In this document: positions 27,800 through 39,332 of the stretch, piece after piece
How positions within the stretch are numbered: the first letter of the stretch is position 1
Layout: each line of letters starts with the position of its first letter
Origin: a candidate division WOR-3 bacterium
GTDB lineage: Bacteria; Hydrothermota; Hydrothermia; LBFQ01
NCBI GenBank assembly: GCA_039802605.1
Contig: JBDRWW010000001.1
Coordinates: forward strand, 1 to 64,000
DNA: 64,000 nt
Reading direction: 5' to 3'
The notes under the pieces: generated by a model
What the model saw: only the letters and a program-made list of their open reading frames with translations
Database searches by the model: none
Told to the model about the DNA's origin: nothing
Program-made: the position numbers and the translations under genes

Positions 27800-30466
27800 C
27801 TAAAAATCCCTCTCCGAGAAAACCCTCCCCTTTATTGATGCCTGTGCGGCCGCCAATCTTGCCACGGGTACCCTAAAAGGTGATGCGCTAACATAATCAA
27901 CCCCAGCCTCAAAAAACTTAAAAATACTGTTCGGATCACCACCATGCTCTCCGCAAACCCCCACTTCAAGGTTTTTCCTTACGGATTTGCCCAATTTGAC
28001 GCCCATTTCAACCAGTTTAACAACCGCATCATCAACGGTTTGGAAGGGATCATCGCTTAGAATTTTCTTTTCCAAATATGCGGGTAAGAATTTACCGACA
28101 TCATCCCTTGAAAACCCCAAAGTTGTTTGGGTTAAGTCGTTCGTACCGAAGGAGAAAAAGTCCGCGTATTCCGCTATTTTATCCGCCATTATCGCCGCCC
28201 TAGGGAGTTCAATCATAGTTCCGATCTCTATTTCGTTTTCAATGCCGTATTTTTTGAGGGTTTCGCTTATTAATTCCCTCATCAATTTCATCTCGCTTTC
28301 AAAGGCCACCAATGGTAGCATGATTTTGGGTTTTGGATTGAAACCCTCTTTTTTAAGTTCCAAATATGCTTCCGCAATAGCTTCGGTTTGCATAATGTAT
28401 ATATCCGGGAAAGTTATGGCCAACCTAACACCTCTATGCCCAAGCATGGGGTTCATCTCCTTGGTTGCCTCGACCAAAGTTCTTATCCTTTCGGGTTGAA
28501 CGTTTAACCTTTCGGCCATCTCGTTTATTTGCCTATCATCCTTTGGCAGGAATTCGTGAAGGGGCGGATCCAAAAGCCTAATGATAACCGGAAGCCCATC
28601 CATTTCCCTCAATATACCCTTAAAGTCTTCCCTTTGGTAATTTTTTATCCTTTCCTTTGCCCTCTCGTAATCCTTACCCTTTTCCTCTGCGAAGAGTATC
28701 ATAACCCTGAAATCCCAAATCCTATCCTCGCCGAAAAACATATGCTCCGTTCTCGCCAAACCTATACCCTCTGCACCGAATTCCCTTGCGATCTTTGCAT
28801 CCTTTGGGGTATCGGCGTTAGCCCTAACCCCTATATCCCTGTATTCATCCGCCCAACTGAGAATATCCGCCACTTCCCCGGATATTTCGGGCATAACCTT
28901 AGGAACATCACCGAGATATATATTTCCCGTTCCCCCATCTATGGTAATAACATCGCCCTTTGAAACCTTGATGTCTTTAACGACAAAATACCCTTCTTTT
29001 TCATGAATCTCCAAAGACTCGGCGCCTACTACGGCGGGCTTACCCATACCCCTCGCAACCACGGCGGCATGGGATGTCTTACCACCCCTTGATGTTAGGA
29101 TTCCAACCGCTGCCGCCATACCCTTAATATCCTCCGGAGATGTTTCCGTCCTAACCAAAATAACCTTTTCGCCTTTTTCCTTTAACTCGTAAGCCTCCTC
29201 TGGGTCAAAAACGACCTTACCCGTAGCCGCCCCCGGTGAAGCCGGTATTCCCGAAGCGATGGGTTTGGGCGCGTTTTTTTCGTCTATGTAAGGGTGCAAA
29301 ACCTTTTCAAGGTTGTAAGGATCCACCCTCAATATCGCTTCTTCCTTTGATATAATCCCTTCCTTTGCCATATCAACCGCTATTTTTATTTCCGCCCTGG
29401 GAGTCCTTTTACCCTTGCGGGTTTGCAGAAGCCAAACCTTTTTCCTTTCTATGGTGAATTCTATATCTTGCATTTCCCTATAATACCTTTCCAGCTTTTC
29501 CGCCAAATCAATTAATTGATTGTAAATCTCGGGATCCCAATTCTTTAATTCGGATAAAGGCATTGGCGTCCTTATACCCGCCACTATATCCTCTCCCTGC
29601 GCGTTCGGTAGAAATTCCCCATATATTACCTTTTCCCCCGTAGAAGGATCCCTCGTGAACATAACACCCGTCCCGCTGTCATCCCCCAAGTTTCCAAAAA
29701 CCATAGCAACAACATTACAAGCCGTTCCCCAATCTTCCGGAATCTTATATATTTTCCTGTACTCTACTGCCCTCGGATTCATCCAAGAATCAAAAACCGC
29801 CCTTATGGCCATCCATAGTTGTTGGTAGGGATCATCCGGTAAGGTTTTTCCATGCCCCTTTATTACCCATTTAAACCTATTAACCGCCTCTTTCCAATCC
29901 CCGGCATCCAAATCGACATCTCTTATTTCCTTGAAATCCTTGCCCAACTTTTTGGCCTTTTCCCTCTTAATCTCGTCCAATTCCCTTTCAAACTCCTCCT
30001 TATCTATCTTCAAAACAACATCCCCAAACATTTGGATGAATCGCCTGTAAGCATCGTAGGCAAATCTTTCGTTGCCAATTTTGGACAAACCCTTAACGAT
30101 TTCATCGTTTATACCCAAGTTTAATATCGTGTCCATCATACCGGGCATGGAAGCCGGTGCCCCAGACCTAACGGAAACCAACAAAGGATTATTGGGATCT
30201 CCAAACCTCTGTCCCTTTGCCTCCTCAACTTTTTTTAAGTTCTCCAAAACCTCCTCTTCCAAACCTTCGGGGAAGGTTTTGTTATGCTTGTAATAATAAG
30301 AGCATACCTCGGTGGTTATGGTAAAACCCGGAGGAACGGGCAAACCCGCATGTGCCATTTCGTGCAAACCCGCACCTTTACCTCCCAACAACATCCTGAT
30401 TTTATCCTTTTCCAACCCATAACCCTCTGCAACACCGTTTCCAAAGAAATAAACATACTTTTTCAT
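27800..30466 (-). CDS. ppdK: Pyruvate, phosphate dikinase
   Basis: LLGGKGA.L, VSVRSGA..SMPGMMDT, GGKTSHAAVVAR, SFGTNDLTQ, CGEHGG. Confidence 0.97.
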   Translation of the reverse strand: MKKYVYFFGNGVAEGYGLEKDKIRMLLGGKGAGLHEMAHAGLPVPPGFTITTEVCSYYYKHNKTFPEGLEEEVLENLKKVEEAKGQRFGDPNNPLLVSVRSGAPASMPGMMDTILNLGINDEIVKGLSKIGNERFAYDAYRRFIQMFGDVVLKIDKEEFERELDEIKREKAKKLGKDFKEIRDVDLDAGDWKEAVNRFKWVIKGHGKTLPDDPYQQLWMAIRAVFDSWMNPRAVEYRKIYKIPEDWGTACNVVAMVFGNLGDDSGTGVMFTRDPSTGEKVIYGEFLPNAQGEDIVAGIRTPMPLSELKNWDPEIYNQLIDLAEKLERYYREMQDIEFTIERKKVWLLQTRKGKRTPRAEIKIAVDMAKEGIISKEEAILRVDPYNLEKVLHPYIDEKNAPKPIASGIPASPGAATGKVVFDPEEAYELKEKGEKVILVRTETSPEDIKGMAAAVGILTSRGGKTSHAAVVARGMGKPAVVGAESLEIHEKEGYFVVKDIKVSKGDVITIDGGTGNIYLGDVPKVMPEISGEVADILSWADEYRDIGVRANADTPKDAKIAREFGAEGIGLARTEHMFFGEDRIWDFRVMILFAEEKGKDYERAKERIKNYQREDFKGILREMDGLPVIIRLLDPPLHEFLPKDDRQINEMAERLNVQPERIRTLVEATKEMNPMLGHRGVRLAITFPDIYIMQTEAIAEAYLELKKEGFNPKPKIMLPLVAFESEMKLMRELISETLKKYGIENEIEIGTMIELPRAAIMADKIAEYADFFSFGTNDLTQTTLGFSRDDVGKFLPAYLEKKILSDDPFQTVDDAVVKLVEMGVKLGKSVRKNLEVGVCGEHGGDPNSIFKFFEAGVDYVSASPFRVPVARLAAAQASIKGRVFSERDF

Positions 30467-30475
30467 AAAGCCGAT

Positions 30476-30508
30476 ATTCTATAACCGAAAAATTGCCAAC
30501 CGTATAAT
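30476..30508. promoter_or_regulatory. Back-to-back -10 boxes (ppdK / nuoG)
   Basis: TAGAAT (-) 30476-30481 and TATAAT (+) 30503-30508, each 9 nt before an ATG. Confidence 0.65.
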
Positions 30509-30517
30509 ATCCAAACC

Positions 30518-32944
30518 ATGCCCAAAATAGAACTCAACGGTAGGGAAGTTGAATTTAAACCGGGTGAAACTATACTGAATATAGCTTGGAGGGAAGGGGA
30601 AAATGTCCCCGTATTTTGCTACCACCCAAAACTTCCCGTTTTCGCGGGGTGTAGGATGTGTTTAGTGGAGGTTGAATTTAGGGGCAGAAGAAGTCTTATG
30701 CCCGCGTGTGGAACGGCCGCAGCCGATGGTATGAAGGTTTGGACAAACTCGGAAAACACAAAATTTGCACAAAAATCGGTTTTGGAATTGTTGCTATTGA
30801 ACCACCCTCTGGATTGCCCCAACTGCGATGCGGGAGGCGAATGCGATTTGCAGGAGATAACATTTGCACATGGCCCAACGACGAGCAGGTATAAGTTTCC
30901 AAAGAGGAAGTATGAAATAAGGGATGTTGGCCCGTTTATAGACTTATACCCCACAAGGTGCATTCAGTGTTATAGATGCGCCACCTTTTATTGGACGATA
31001 GGAGGAGGAAAGGACTGGGCGGTGTTTGATAGGGGTTGGTACACACTTTTTGGACCCGCAAGGGATAAGTTTTTACAAAACGAGTTTTCGGGAAACCTTA
31101 TAGAGGTTTGTCCATTAGGAGCAATAACCGGTAGGGACTACAAATTCTTTACAAGACCGTGGGAAATTGAAAGCACACCAACGGTGAGCCCTGAGGATTC
31201 CCTTGGGGCAAATGTTTATGTTGATGTTAGAAGAAGGAAACCTTTCAGCAGAGGGCCGTTTGTAAAAGCGGGCAGAAGAGAGGATTTACACAAGATTATC
31301 AGGATAAACGGTAGGGAAAACCCCGATGTAAACGAGTTCTGGATTACGGATAGGGATAGGTTCTCGCACGAGTATAACAACATTAACAGGATAGACTATC
31401 CACACCTAAGGCTGAAGAACGGCGAGTGGTTTAAAACAAACTGGAATTTGGCTTTGGCTTGGGTTGTTGAGAACCTTAAAAACGCAAAAAACCCGGCGAT
31501 AATTTCCGGGGCAAGGGGTACAAACGAAAGCGCATATGCCGCACGCAAACTGTTTAAAGAGGTTTTACTAAGCGACAACTTGGATTTTAGAAGGCCGCAT
31601 ATATCCTTTAAGGAGGATCCGTTAAAGGCTGTATTGGGATATTCCGCATCAACATCAAAGGTCTCGGATATTGATAAAGCGGATGTCATAGTTCTGGTTG
31701 GGGATGTTAGGGAAACGGTACCCGGTATAGGGATAAGGCTTATAAGGGCCGCAAGGAGGGGGGCAAAGGTTTATGTGGTTAATTATTACAAGGAAAGGTA
31801 TGCAAGCGAGGGATGGGCGGAATGGGTGCAGGTGAAACCGGGGAGTGAGGATAGGGATACTTATAGGTTTATAAAGGAAACCCTGGAACCCTTAAAGGAT
31901 AAAAGGGTTTTAGTGGTATTGACGGATGATTGGAGGGAGGGCGTACAGAGGAACTTCGCGAGTTTCGTGGTTCTAAACGACAATGCCGGCTTGCTCGTTT
32001 TAAGGACACTTCCAAACGCCCAAGGGTTTATAGATATGGGCTTTACACCGGAACCCGACGGTTCAACAACCAAAGAGATCTTGGAAGAAGCGGCAAACGG
32101 CGATATAGATGCGCTTATAATATGGGAGGTTGAACCATTATGGGAATATCCGGACGCGGATTTGGTAAAAAAGGCCTTGGAAAACACCCCTTTTGTTGTG
32201 GTTATGTCGTCTTTTTGGGATCCTTCAACGGACTACGCATCCGTTATACTTCCCATAACTACACCTTATGAGGAAGAGGGAACGAGAACCAATTTGGAAG
32301 GCAGGGTTCAGTATTGTAAGGATGCCCTTTGGCCATATGAGGGTAGCAGACCCGCGTGGTGGATTTTCAAAAACATAATAAGGGGATTGGGGGGAAAGGC
32401 GGATTGGGATGGTGCAAAGGATGTGTTTGAAGAGATAAAGGAAAGGGTTTTGGTCTATCACAATATAAACCCTTATAAAGTTGAATACGAAGAACTCCCA
32501 TACCCGGATTATATACCAACGGTTAGAAAGTTGAAAAAGGTCTTTAAATCTCCGAAAGTTGATTATAACTTCATCCCAGCCGATGTTAGATACTTTGATG
32601 GTGGTGAAGAAATCAAGGAAAGGATTCTCTTATGGGCACCGCATATATACAAGGGGAGTTATTGGGCTTTCAGAAATCCAATACAAAAACCCTATATAGA
32701 CGAGGAAACGGTATTCGCGTCCCCAGAGGAGTTGGCCGAATTGGGTATAAATGACGGCGCCAGGGTTTTATTGCGCATAGGCGGAAAAGAATACGGGTTT
32801 AATGTAAAGGGAGATGAAAGGATTCCCAAGGGTTTGTGGCTTTTTAAAGGTTTATTCTACGATGTAGGAATAAATGGGGTTTTAAAGGGGATATATATAG
32901 GGGTGGAAGATGTTGTGGTTTCTACTGAATACGCCGTCCAATAG
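30518..32944 (+). CDS. nuoG: NADH-quinone oxidoreductase subunit G-like protein
   Basis: FCYH..L...GCRMCLVE..PAC (N1b), HPLDCPNCDAGGECDLQ (N5), RCIQCYRC..CPLGA (N4); molybdopterin-oxidoreductase-like C-terminal part. Confidence 0.85.
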   Translation: MPKIELNGREVEFKPGETILNIAWREGENVPVFCYHPKLPVFAGCRMCLVEVEFRGRRSLMPACGTAAADGMKVWTNSENTKFAQKSVLELLLLNHPLDCPNCDAGGECDLQEITFAHGPTTSRYKFPKRKYEIRDVGPFIDLYPTRCIQCYRCATFYWTIGGGKDWAVFDRGWYTLFGPARDKFLQNEFSGNLIEVCPLGAITGRDYKFFTRPWEIESTPTVSPEDSLGANVYVDVRRRKPFSRGPFVKAGRREDLHKIIRINGRENPDVNEFWITDRDRFSHEYNNINRIDYPHLRLKNGEWFKTNWNLALAWVVENLKNAKNPAIISGARGTNESAYAARKLFKEVLLSDNLDFRRPHISFKEDPLKAVLGYSASTSKVSDIDKADVIVLVGDVRETVPGIGIRLIRAARRGAKVYVVNYYKERYASEGWAEWVQVKPGSEDRDTYRFIKETLEPLKDKRVLVVLTDDWREGVQRNFASFVVLNDNAGLLVLRTLPNAQGFIDMGFTPEPDGSTTKEILEEAANGDIDALIIWEVEPLWEYPDADLVKKALENTPFVVVMSSFWDPSTDYASVILPITTPYEEEGTRTNLEGRVQYCKDALWPYEGSRPAWWIFKNIIRGLGGKADWDGAKDVFEEIKERVLVYHNINPYKVEYEELPYPDYIPTVRKLKKVFKSPKVDYNFIPADVRYFDGGEEIKERILLWAPHIYKGSYWAFRNPIQKPYIDEETVFASPEELAELGINDGARVLLRIGGKEYGFNVKGDERIPKGLWLFKGLFYDVGINGVLKGIYIGVEDVVVSTEYAVQ

Positions 32945-33938
32945 GGAAATAGACAGTTTGATAATGCTTTCGTTGGAATTCACATATAGGGAAAATTATG
33001 GTGCCGCATTATCGTTTGCCGATGAGATAATAAAAAAATATCCAAACGAACCCGATGGATATTTCTTCAAAGCCGCAATATACGATTACTATATGGAAGA
33101 CTATCATAACGATAGGTATTCCAAAGAGTTTTTTGAAAACATGAAGATTGCGGAGGAAAAGGCAAAAGCAAAACTTTTGGGGTTAAACGATAAGACGGAA
33201 AGGGCTTGGATGTACTTTTATATTGCAGGAGCAGCCGGATACAGGGCTATAAGGGCTGGTAGGGCGGGTAACTATGTCGTGGCATTAAAGTACGCCCTTG
33301 AAGGGTTAAAACCCCTTAAAAAGGCATTAGAGGAAGATTCCACGGTATATGATATATATTTCCCACTAGGTATTTACCATTACGCCCTTTCAAAATCCCC
33401 CAACAGAATAGGAGTTATACCCACTTTTTTCCTTTCAAGGGACAGAGAAGAAGACAAGGAGAAGGGTATAAGATATTTACGCATGGCATGGGAAAAGGGT
33501 CGCTATACATCCACAGTTTCCGCATTAACCTTGGCTTGGGTTTTATCACAGGAGGGGAGGAGCAAAGAGGCTATACCCATTTTAAAGGGATATGTTGAGA
33601 AATATCCAGAGAGTAGATACTTTAAATGGGTTTATGGGTATCTGCTCGTTAAGGAAGGAAGGTTTCAAGAGGCCGAGGTTATATACGACAAGCTCCTTTA
33701 CCTGGTACTCAGGGATCAACCGGATTCACCATATAACGCCGTTTATGTCAGTTATTCTTTGGGTTATGTAAAGTTTTTCTTGGGTAAGTTTGAAGAAGCG
33801 CTACACTATTTCAATGTTGCCGAACAATACTATGAGAAAGCGCCACCAAATTTAAAAGGGGAATTAAGCGATGTTATAAATATGGTAAGGAAAATGAAGG
33901 AGAGGGCAAAGAGTAGGCTGGATGAAAAATGGAAGTAG
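32910..33938 (+). CDS. Tetratricopeptide repeat protein, probably exported
   Basis: Repeated helical TPR patterns (KYPNEP, KYPESR, YSLGYV..LG.FEEA). Confidence 0.8.
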   Translation: MLWFLLNTPSNREIDSLIMLSLEFTYRENYGAALSFADEIIKKYPNEPDGYFFKAAIYDYYMEDYHNDRYSKEFFENMKIAEEKAKAKLLGLNDKTERAWMYFYIAGAAGYRAIRAGRAGNYVVALKYALEGLKPLKKALEEDSTVYDIYFPLGIYHYALSKSPNRIGVIPTFFLSRDREEDKEKGIRYLRMAWEKGRYTSTVSALTLAWVLSQEGRSKEAIPILKGYVEKYPESRYFKWVYGYLLVKEGRFQEAEVIYDKLLYLVLRDQPDSPYNAVYVSYSLGYVKFFLGKFEEALHYFNVAEQYYEKAPPNLKGELSDVINMVRKMKERAKSRLDEKWK

Positions 33939-36013
33939 GGTTTCAGGAGTTTTACAAAAGGTTAAGGGCGATTTTCAGGAGGGAGTGGAAAACAATAATA
34001 ATTATAGGTGTTTTTGGTTCAATATTTGCCGCCGTATTAAACATGATATTGAGGGGTATTCCAATATTTCAGGCAACACAATTATTGGTAATAAAGGGGG
34101 AACAAAGGGAAATCAGTATAATGCCCACGACCCAAGCACAACCTTATGGTACTCAAACCTCGGAAATAGATGTAATACTTTCAAAGATAAAATTCCCCGA
34201 ATTTTACGAAGGACTTTGGGATTCTTCGTTGGCTTATGAGGTTTTAAGGGGTGATATAAAAGGTATTAAGAAATTTGCCCCGGGAAAATACGATCAAAAT
34301 ACGGGCAAAGGTATAGTGATATGTCCCTGCTCAAAAAAATTTGAGGTTGTTATTTATGACGGTTTATCGCTCAGGGAAAGGTTATCCCAAGTAATTGGTA
34401 AAAAATTGGAAGATGGGAATACAAACCCATTTAGCACGGGTATAAAATTTTTTACAATATCTTATGTTTCTCCGGACAAAAGGTGGGCAAATAAGGCATC
34501 GGAATTGGTTGCAAATTGGATAATAAACAAACACCTTGAAGAGAAGAGGCAAAACCTTATAAGGCAAAAGCGTGCATTGGAAAATCTTATGGATTTTTAT
34601 AAAAAACAGATAGACCTATTTGCGGATGAATTAAAAGATATAAAGAAAACTTTGAAATATCCCGAATACGATGAGGAAGGAATTTATAAAATTTTGGTTG
34701 AATTAACAAACCAAAAAAACGCCATAATCAACCTTAAGCAAAAACTTTCGGATGGCAAGATAGACACATTTTTAATCCTGACCGGCGATAACACCTTAGA
34801 TGAACTGCAAAAGGAGAGAATAAAAAATATCGTAGATTACATAACTTTGAGAGCGGTTTTAGGGGATTCCCATCCGGAAGTGAAAGGTGTTCTCAAAAGG
34901 ATAACAAAGATTGATGGGCTAATGATAAAAAGCATAGATGAAAGGCTTTCCTACCTGAATTCAAGGGTACAATTTTTCAGGAGCATATTACCCGTTGTTA
35001 TAGAGGAGAGGGCAAAACTTTTAACCACGCAGAGAAATTTGGAAAACGCCGAAGATTTTTATATTGTACTCGGTCAAAACTTAAACGATGTTGAGGTAAA
35101 GCTTTCCAGTATAACACCGAATATAGAAATTATAGGAAAACCAAGAATATCCCTTTATAACCAATACACTAAAACGAGAAATGTTTTGCCCCTTGGGTTT
35201 TTCGCCGGTATATTGTTGGGTATTTTGTTTGCCATTTTAAGGGACCTTACAACCGAGTATGTTTTGGATGAAACATATCTTCCATTTGATAAGGATACGG
35301 TGATATCCCTTCCCAAGTTTTCCGAGGAGGATGCATTGCCCATAAATATGGTTTTGGAAAGGTTTTTGGATGTCAATTCTCCTGCTTTAAACGAATTTAG
35401 AAAAATAGCCTTTAAGTTAAATGTTTTTGATGATTTAAAGGAACTTATAATTGTAACCAGCACCCAGAGTGGTGAAGGTAAAACCTTTGTAAGCGCCAAC
35501 CTAGCCGCCACCTTATCGATATCGGGTATTCCCACTTTACTCGTGGATGGAGATGTAAGGGCGAGGAGTTTAAGCGATTTTCTGGGATATCTGGGTAAAG
35601 GTGGATATGCCGATGATAATTTCAACCCTTACAGCATATCCGATAACTTACTCTTTTTACCGGTGGGGAAATCGGAGGTTGATATATTGGCGGCTTTTAG
35701 AAAACTTATAAAACACCTGGAAGATTTTACGGGGGAATATCTTATCGTTATAGATATGCCTCCCGTTGGGGTATCACCGGAGATGAAATTGTTGGAGAAA
35801 TTTGCAAGCAAACATATCTTGGTTACGCGATACAATTATACGCTTAGGGATTCCTTTAAAGGTTTGGAGATTGAACCATCGGTGGTTATTTTCAACTTTG
35901 CCGGAGAAAGGTCAAGGTATTATTCAAAGTATTATTCAAAATACCAAGGGAGAAAACCGAAGAAAAAACTTATTAATAGGTTTTTGGGATTTTTTAAACG
36001 GGATAGAAAATGA
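33929..36013 (+). CDS. Wzc/GumC-like polysaccharide copolymerase with tyrosine kinase domain
   Basis: Two TM segments flanking a coiled coil (HPEV); Walker A TSTQSGEGKT, LLVDGD, VIDMPP; Tyr cluster RYYSKYYSKY. Confidence 0.85.
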   Translation: MEVGFQEFYKRLRAIFRREWKTIIIIGVFGSIFAAVLNMILRGIPIFQATQLLVIKGEQREISIMPTTQAQPYGTQTSEIDVILSKIKFPEFYEGLWDSSLAYEVLRGDIKGIKKFAPGKYDQNTGKGIVICPCSKKFEVVIYDGLSLRERLSQVIGKKLEDGNTNPFSTGIKFFTISYVSPDKRWANKASELVANWIINKHLEEKRQNLIRQKRALENLMDFYKKQIDLFADELKDIKKTLKYPEYDEEGIYKILVELTNQKNAIINLKQKLSDGKIDTFLILTGDNTLDELQKERIKNIVDYITLRAVLGDSHPEVKGVLKRITKIDGLMIKSIDERLSYLNSRVQFFRSILPVVIEERAKLLTTQRNLENAEDFYIVLGQNLNDVEVKLSSITPNIEIIGKPRISLYNQYTKTRNVLPLGFFAGILLGILFAILRDLTTEYVLDETYLPFDKDTVISLPKFSEEDALPINMVLERFLDVNSPALNEFRKIAFKLNVFDDLKELIIVTSTQSGEGKTFVSANLAATLSISGIPTLLVDGDVRARSLSDFLGYLGKGGYADDNFNPYSISDNLLFLPVGKSEVDILAAFRKLIKHLEDFTGEYLIVIDMPPVGVSPEMKLLEKFASKHILVTRYNYTLRDSFKGLEIEPSVVIFNFAGERSRYYSKYYSKYQGRKPKKKLINRFLGFFKRDRK

Positions 36014-36720
36014 AATGGGAGCTATTAAGCACATACGACGAGTTTTTTAAAAGGGTATTCTTTCCGGTTGGTACCGTTGAACCCCACGGTCCTTTACCCG
36101 TTGGTACGGACAACATAGCCGCAGAGTATATAGCCCATAGCCTTGCAAAGGAGTTTAACGCCGCCGTTATACCTCTAATGCCCTTTGGTGTAAATAGGTC
36201 TTTATACGGGTATAAAGGCGGTATATCAATATCCCCCAAAACCTTTAAGGGTGTAATATACGATGTGTGTAAGTCGTTAAAATTCAGCGGTGTAGAGGAG
36301 TTGGTAATATTCAACGGCCACGGGGGAAATACGCAGCATTTAAAAGATGTAATGTATAGGGTTTATACCGAACTGGGTATAAAGTGCGCGTCTATTGATT
36401 GGTGGGTTATAGATGAAAGGGCTTCTTACGAGGTTTTTGGTAGGGTTGGAGGACACGGGGGTATAGAGGAGTTTGCCTTGGTTTATATGGCCTACCCGGA
36501 AATTAAACAAAAGGTTTTGGGAGAATTCAAGGCATATTATCCAAGGACAGGGGTTTCAACATATCCATCCCCGAGGTCCATTCTACTGTACAACGAGGGT
36601 AAAAGTGAGGGCTATGATGTTGACGAAGAAAAGATAAAAACCTTTGTTAATAGAATTCTTAACGGGATAAGGGGTGTTTTAAAGGAAATATTTGAAGGTT
36701 GGGAAGACCTATCTAGGTAG
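36010..36720 (+). CDS. Creatininase family amidohydrolase
   Basis: PVGTVEPHGPLPVGTD, NGHGGN, GHGGIEE. Confidence 0.9.
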   Translation: MKWELLSTYDEFFKRVFFPVGTVEPHGPLPVGTDNIAAEYIAHSLAKEFNAAVIPLMPFGVNRSLYGYKGGISISPKTFKGVIYDVCKSLKFSGVEELVIFNGHGGNTQHLKDVMYRVYTELGIKCASIDWWVIDERASYEVFGRVGGHGGIEEFALVYMAYPEIKQKVLGEFKAYYPRTGVSTYPSPRSILLYNEGKSEGYDVDEEKIKTFVNRILNGIRGVLKEIFEGWEDLSR

Positions 36721-38784
36721 GAATATATCAAGGACACCCCTCTTTATGGCTATTTCGGGTATAGCCTTCACATAAATCCTTACATCGTAAACGGATATGC
36801 CGCTAAACCACGACCACCTAGCCTCCAATACCCAACAGTGTAAATCCCTCTTAACATTTAAGGTTTGATCCAAAAACCTCTTGTTTATAAAATCGTAGGT
36901 GAAATAGTAAGAAAGTGTCCAATGTTTTGTTGGACTTCCGGAAACGGTAAATTTTACCAAACTTTGGGATGGGGATATGGTATCACCAAAGGCGTAGGTA
37001 TATGTAAATCCAAAGTTCCAAGGTAAGAATTGTGGCCTGTTTATTTCCAAAACCTCCTCCTCTGTAAATGTTGTGTCCTTCTTTAATGTATCGGTTGTAT
37101 CTCTTTTGATCCCAAAACCCACAATTTCGTTTAAGGAAAATGAGCCAAAGTTTAGAATTATTTGAGTTCCAAAGGCTTTTTTATCGTAATAGTCATAATT
37201 TGTATATACGGTTGCGGTTATTTTGTTTATAGGGGTAAGGTTTGCGTTTAACCTTATGGGGGATATTTTTCCGCTATCCAAAATGTAATCCGTGAATGCC
37301 CCCCACTGTAAAAATGTCCCCTTTTTTACAACCGTATCCCTTTGAAACTTATACTCGTATGTGTTATCCAACGAAAGGGTTAAACCTTTACTCTCCATTC
37401 CCATTACCGTTTTACTCCCCCCAATATTTACACTATCACCCCTACCCTGATAAAAAAATGAAACGCCCGGTTTAACTATGTGTCTAAACTTCCTTATTGG
37501 CCCTAAACCAAAGAGGGAAACACCGTATAGGGTTGTTGATACTGGAATACTAAACCCCCAAACTTTCGCCAGGTATGTTGAATCCGTTGTTGTTGTATTC
37601 AAATATGCGGAGGGGGATAAGGAGAAGTAAAATATATTATATGTGGTTGATAAGTTATGGGATGAGTTTAACATCCTATAACCACTCCTATTACCGAGGG
37701 AATCAATGTTCTCCTGCTGAACCAAATAAAGGGAGTTGGAAAAGGAAGCGCCAAAGATGTTTAAAGGGAGCAAACCGAGATTGATTTCCGGAATTTTTCT
37801 ACTCGTAGTGTTTCTTAAAGGGTCATATCTGTTATATGCGTTTATACCCAAAAGGCCAAACTTACCCAGGCTTCTCCTTGCGGTTATGTACGAAACCAAC
37901 TCGCTTTGCACCCAATTATCCTTTACCTCCGCGTAATCTTGAATATAATACGCATCGGATACAAAATCGCCACGGGAGTTTATGTCAAAACCGAGAAGGG
38001 TTTGATTGTGTCCCCCCTTTAAACTCCACCTCCTCCTATAACCCTCATTTCCCACCAAGTCATAAGCATAAGAGAAGTTGATATTACCGTTTAGGAGTTT
38101 ATACACATTATAAACATAATCCGCGGAAAACCTAACACCCCTCTTTTCAATTATATCGGCGGATAGGGTTATATCTTGGAAGTTGTTTATAACGAGATAA
38201 AAGGAGAGGTTTCTTATATATCTTCCGTCTTGGGAACTATAACCCACGGAAGGGGGTAAAAAACCGCTTGATCTATCTTTACCCACCGGTAAGAACCAAA
38301 AAGGGGCTGCCAAAACCGGTATATCCATAATGTAGAATATCAAGGGTCTAACCACCGCCAAATCTTTCTTTATAACCCTCATCCTTGACGATACAAACCT
38401 ATAATGTGGCTCTTCCAATTCGCAGGTTGTGAAGGAACCGCTTTTTACATAAACGGAGTTTTCGGAAGTTTTATAAACCGTATCACCCTCAACCCAACCT
38501 TTTTCTATAAATGTTCTACTCTTGGCCGCTATACCGGTACCCCTGTCTATGTTATACTTTAAATAACCACCCCTGGTTTGCGATTTTCCGTCCCTAAGTA
38601 AAAAGTTTCCTTTGGCCTCAACCACATTAAGGTCTTTCCAGTACCTTATCGTATCGGCAAACAATTCAACACCCTCTGAAGTTCTAACATAGGCGCTGTC
38701 GTAAAGTATTACCAGGGCACTATCCGGGAAATACTCCAAATATCCCCCCCTAAATACAACCTCCGATATCAAAAGGTTTATCAT
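36709..38784 (-). CDS. LptD-like LPS-assembly outer membrane protein
   Basis: ADTI.Y, GSFTTC....[18 protein letters not shown]; likely start MINLLIS at 38784 overlapping the queF stop (ATGA). Confidence 0.8.
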   Translation of the reverse strand: MINLLISEVVFRGGYLEYFPDSALVILYDSAYVRTSEGVELFADTIRYWKDLNVVEAKGNFLLRDGKSQTRGGYLKYNIDRGTGIAAKSRTFIEKGWVEGDTVYKTSENSVYVKSGSFTTCELEEPHYRFVSSRMRVIKKDLAVVRPLIFYIMDIPVLAAPFWFLPVGKDRSSGFLPPSVGYSSQDGRYIRNLSFYLVINNFQDITLSADIIEKRGVRFSADYVYNVYKLLNGNINFSYAYDLVGNEGYRRRWSLKGGHNQTLLGFDINSRGDFVSDAYYIQDYAEVKDNWVQSELVSYITARRSLGKFGLLGINAYNRYDPLRNTTSRKIPEINLGLLPLNIFGASFSNSLYLVQQENIDSLGNRSGYRMLNSSHNLSTTYNIFYFSLSPSAYLNTTTTDSTYLAKVWGFSIPVSTTLYGVSLFGLGPIRKFRHIVKPGVSFFYQGRGDSVNIGGSKTVMGMESKGLTLSLDNTYEYKFQRDTVVKKGTFLQWGAFTDYILDSGKISPIRLNANLTPINKITATVYTNYDYYDKKAFGTQIILNFGSFSLNEIVGFGIKRDTTDTLKKDTTFTEEEVLEINRPQFLPWNFGFTYTYAFGDTISPSQSLVKFTVSGSPTKHWTLSYYFTYDFINKRFLDQTLNVKRDLHCWVLEARWSWFSGISVYDVRIYVKAIPEIAIKRGVLDIFLPR

Positions 38785-39152
38785 TTCTCCCTTTCTACCT
38801 TTACAACGGTTTTTACATTCCCCCTTGGATTCCAATCCCCTATTACGATCAGTTTTCTCGGTTTAAGAAGATTCCATAGGGCGTCAAAAACCTCATTGGT
38901 CGCCGCCTCATGGGAAATATACCTGTTCCTAAACTTGTTTAGCCAGAGTTTTAAAGAACGCAGTTCAACAATGTATTTATCTGGGATGTATTTTATATGA
39001 AATGTTGCAAAATCGGGGTAGCCGGATCTTGGGCATAAACATGTAAATTCCGGAAATGTTATTTCTATCCAATAATCCCTATCCGGATAAGGGTTATCCC
39101 AAGCCTCTAATTCCGCCTCTTCAATAGCCTTCTCGCCGTATTTCTTTTCCAT
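38781..39152 (-). CDS. queF: NADPH-dependent preQ0 reductase, type I
   Basis: [30 protein letters not shown]. Confidence 0.95.
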   Translation of the reverse strand: MEKKYGEKAIEEAELEAWDNPYPDRDYWIEITFPEFTCLCPRSGYPDFATFHIKYIPDKYIVELRSLKLWLNKFRNRYISHEAATNEVFDALWNLLKPRKLIVIGDWNPRGNVKTVVKVEREK

Positions 39153-39195
39153 AAACGGGAATTATATCTACGAACAAGTTAGTTTATTCAACGCT

Positions 39196-39321
39196 ATGTT
39201 TTGCGGTTATTTATAGTGCGGATGTCCAGAATGTGGGCATAAATTTGAAATAAATATAACAGCAGGAACTCATTTCATCCGCAGTTATTTAAATATTAAG
39301 CCAAAATTTTCAAGTATATAA
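39196..39321 (+). pseudogene. Possible zinc-ribbon gene remnant
   Basis: Frame reads MFCGYL*CGCPECGHKFEINI... with an in-frame TAG at 39214. Confidence 0.3.
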
Positions 39322-39332
39322 TATTCACTTTT

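Noticed and set aside
27987..28963. Long antisense ORFs over ppdK, and similar ones over leuS, the nucleotidyltransferase, dnaK, acyl-CoA dehydrogenase and murA
   Set aside because: Shadow ORFs opposite well-conserved genes, with no motifs or promoter support.
35918..35943. 12-bp tandem repeat TATTATTCAAAG/A
   Set aside because: It encodes the YYSKYYSKY autophosphorylation cluster expected in Wzc-type kinases.
39153..39200. preQ1 riboswitch upstream of queF
   Set aside because: The -10 box is 8 nt from the ATG, leaving no leader, and no preQ1 consensus was recognised.
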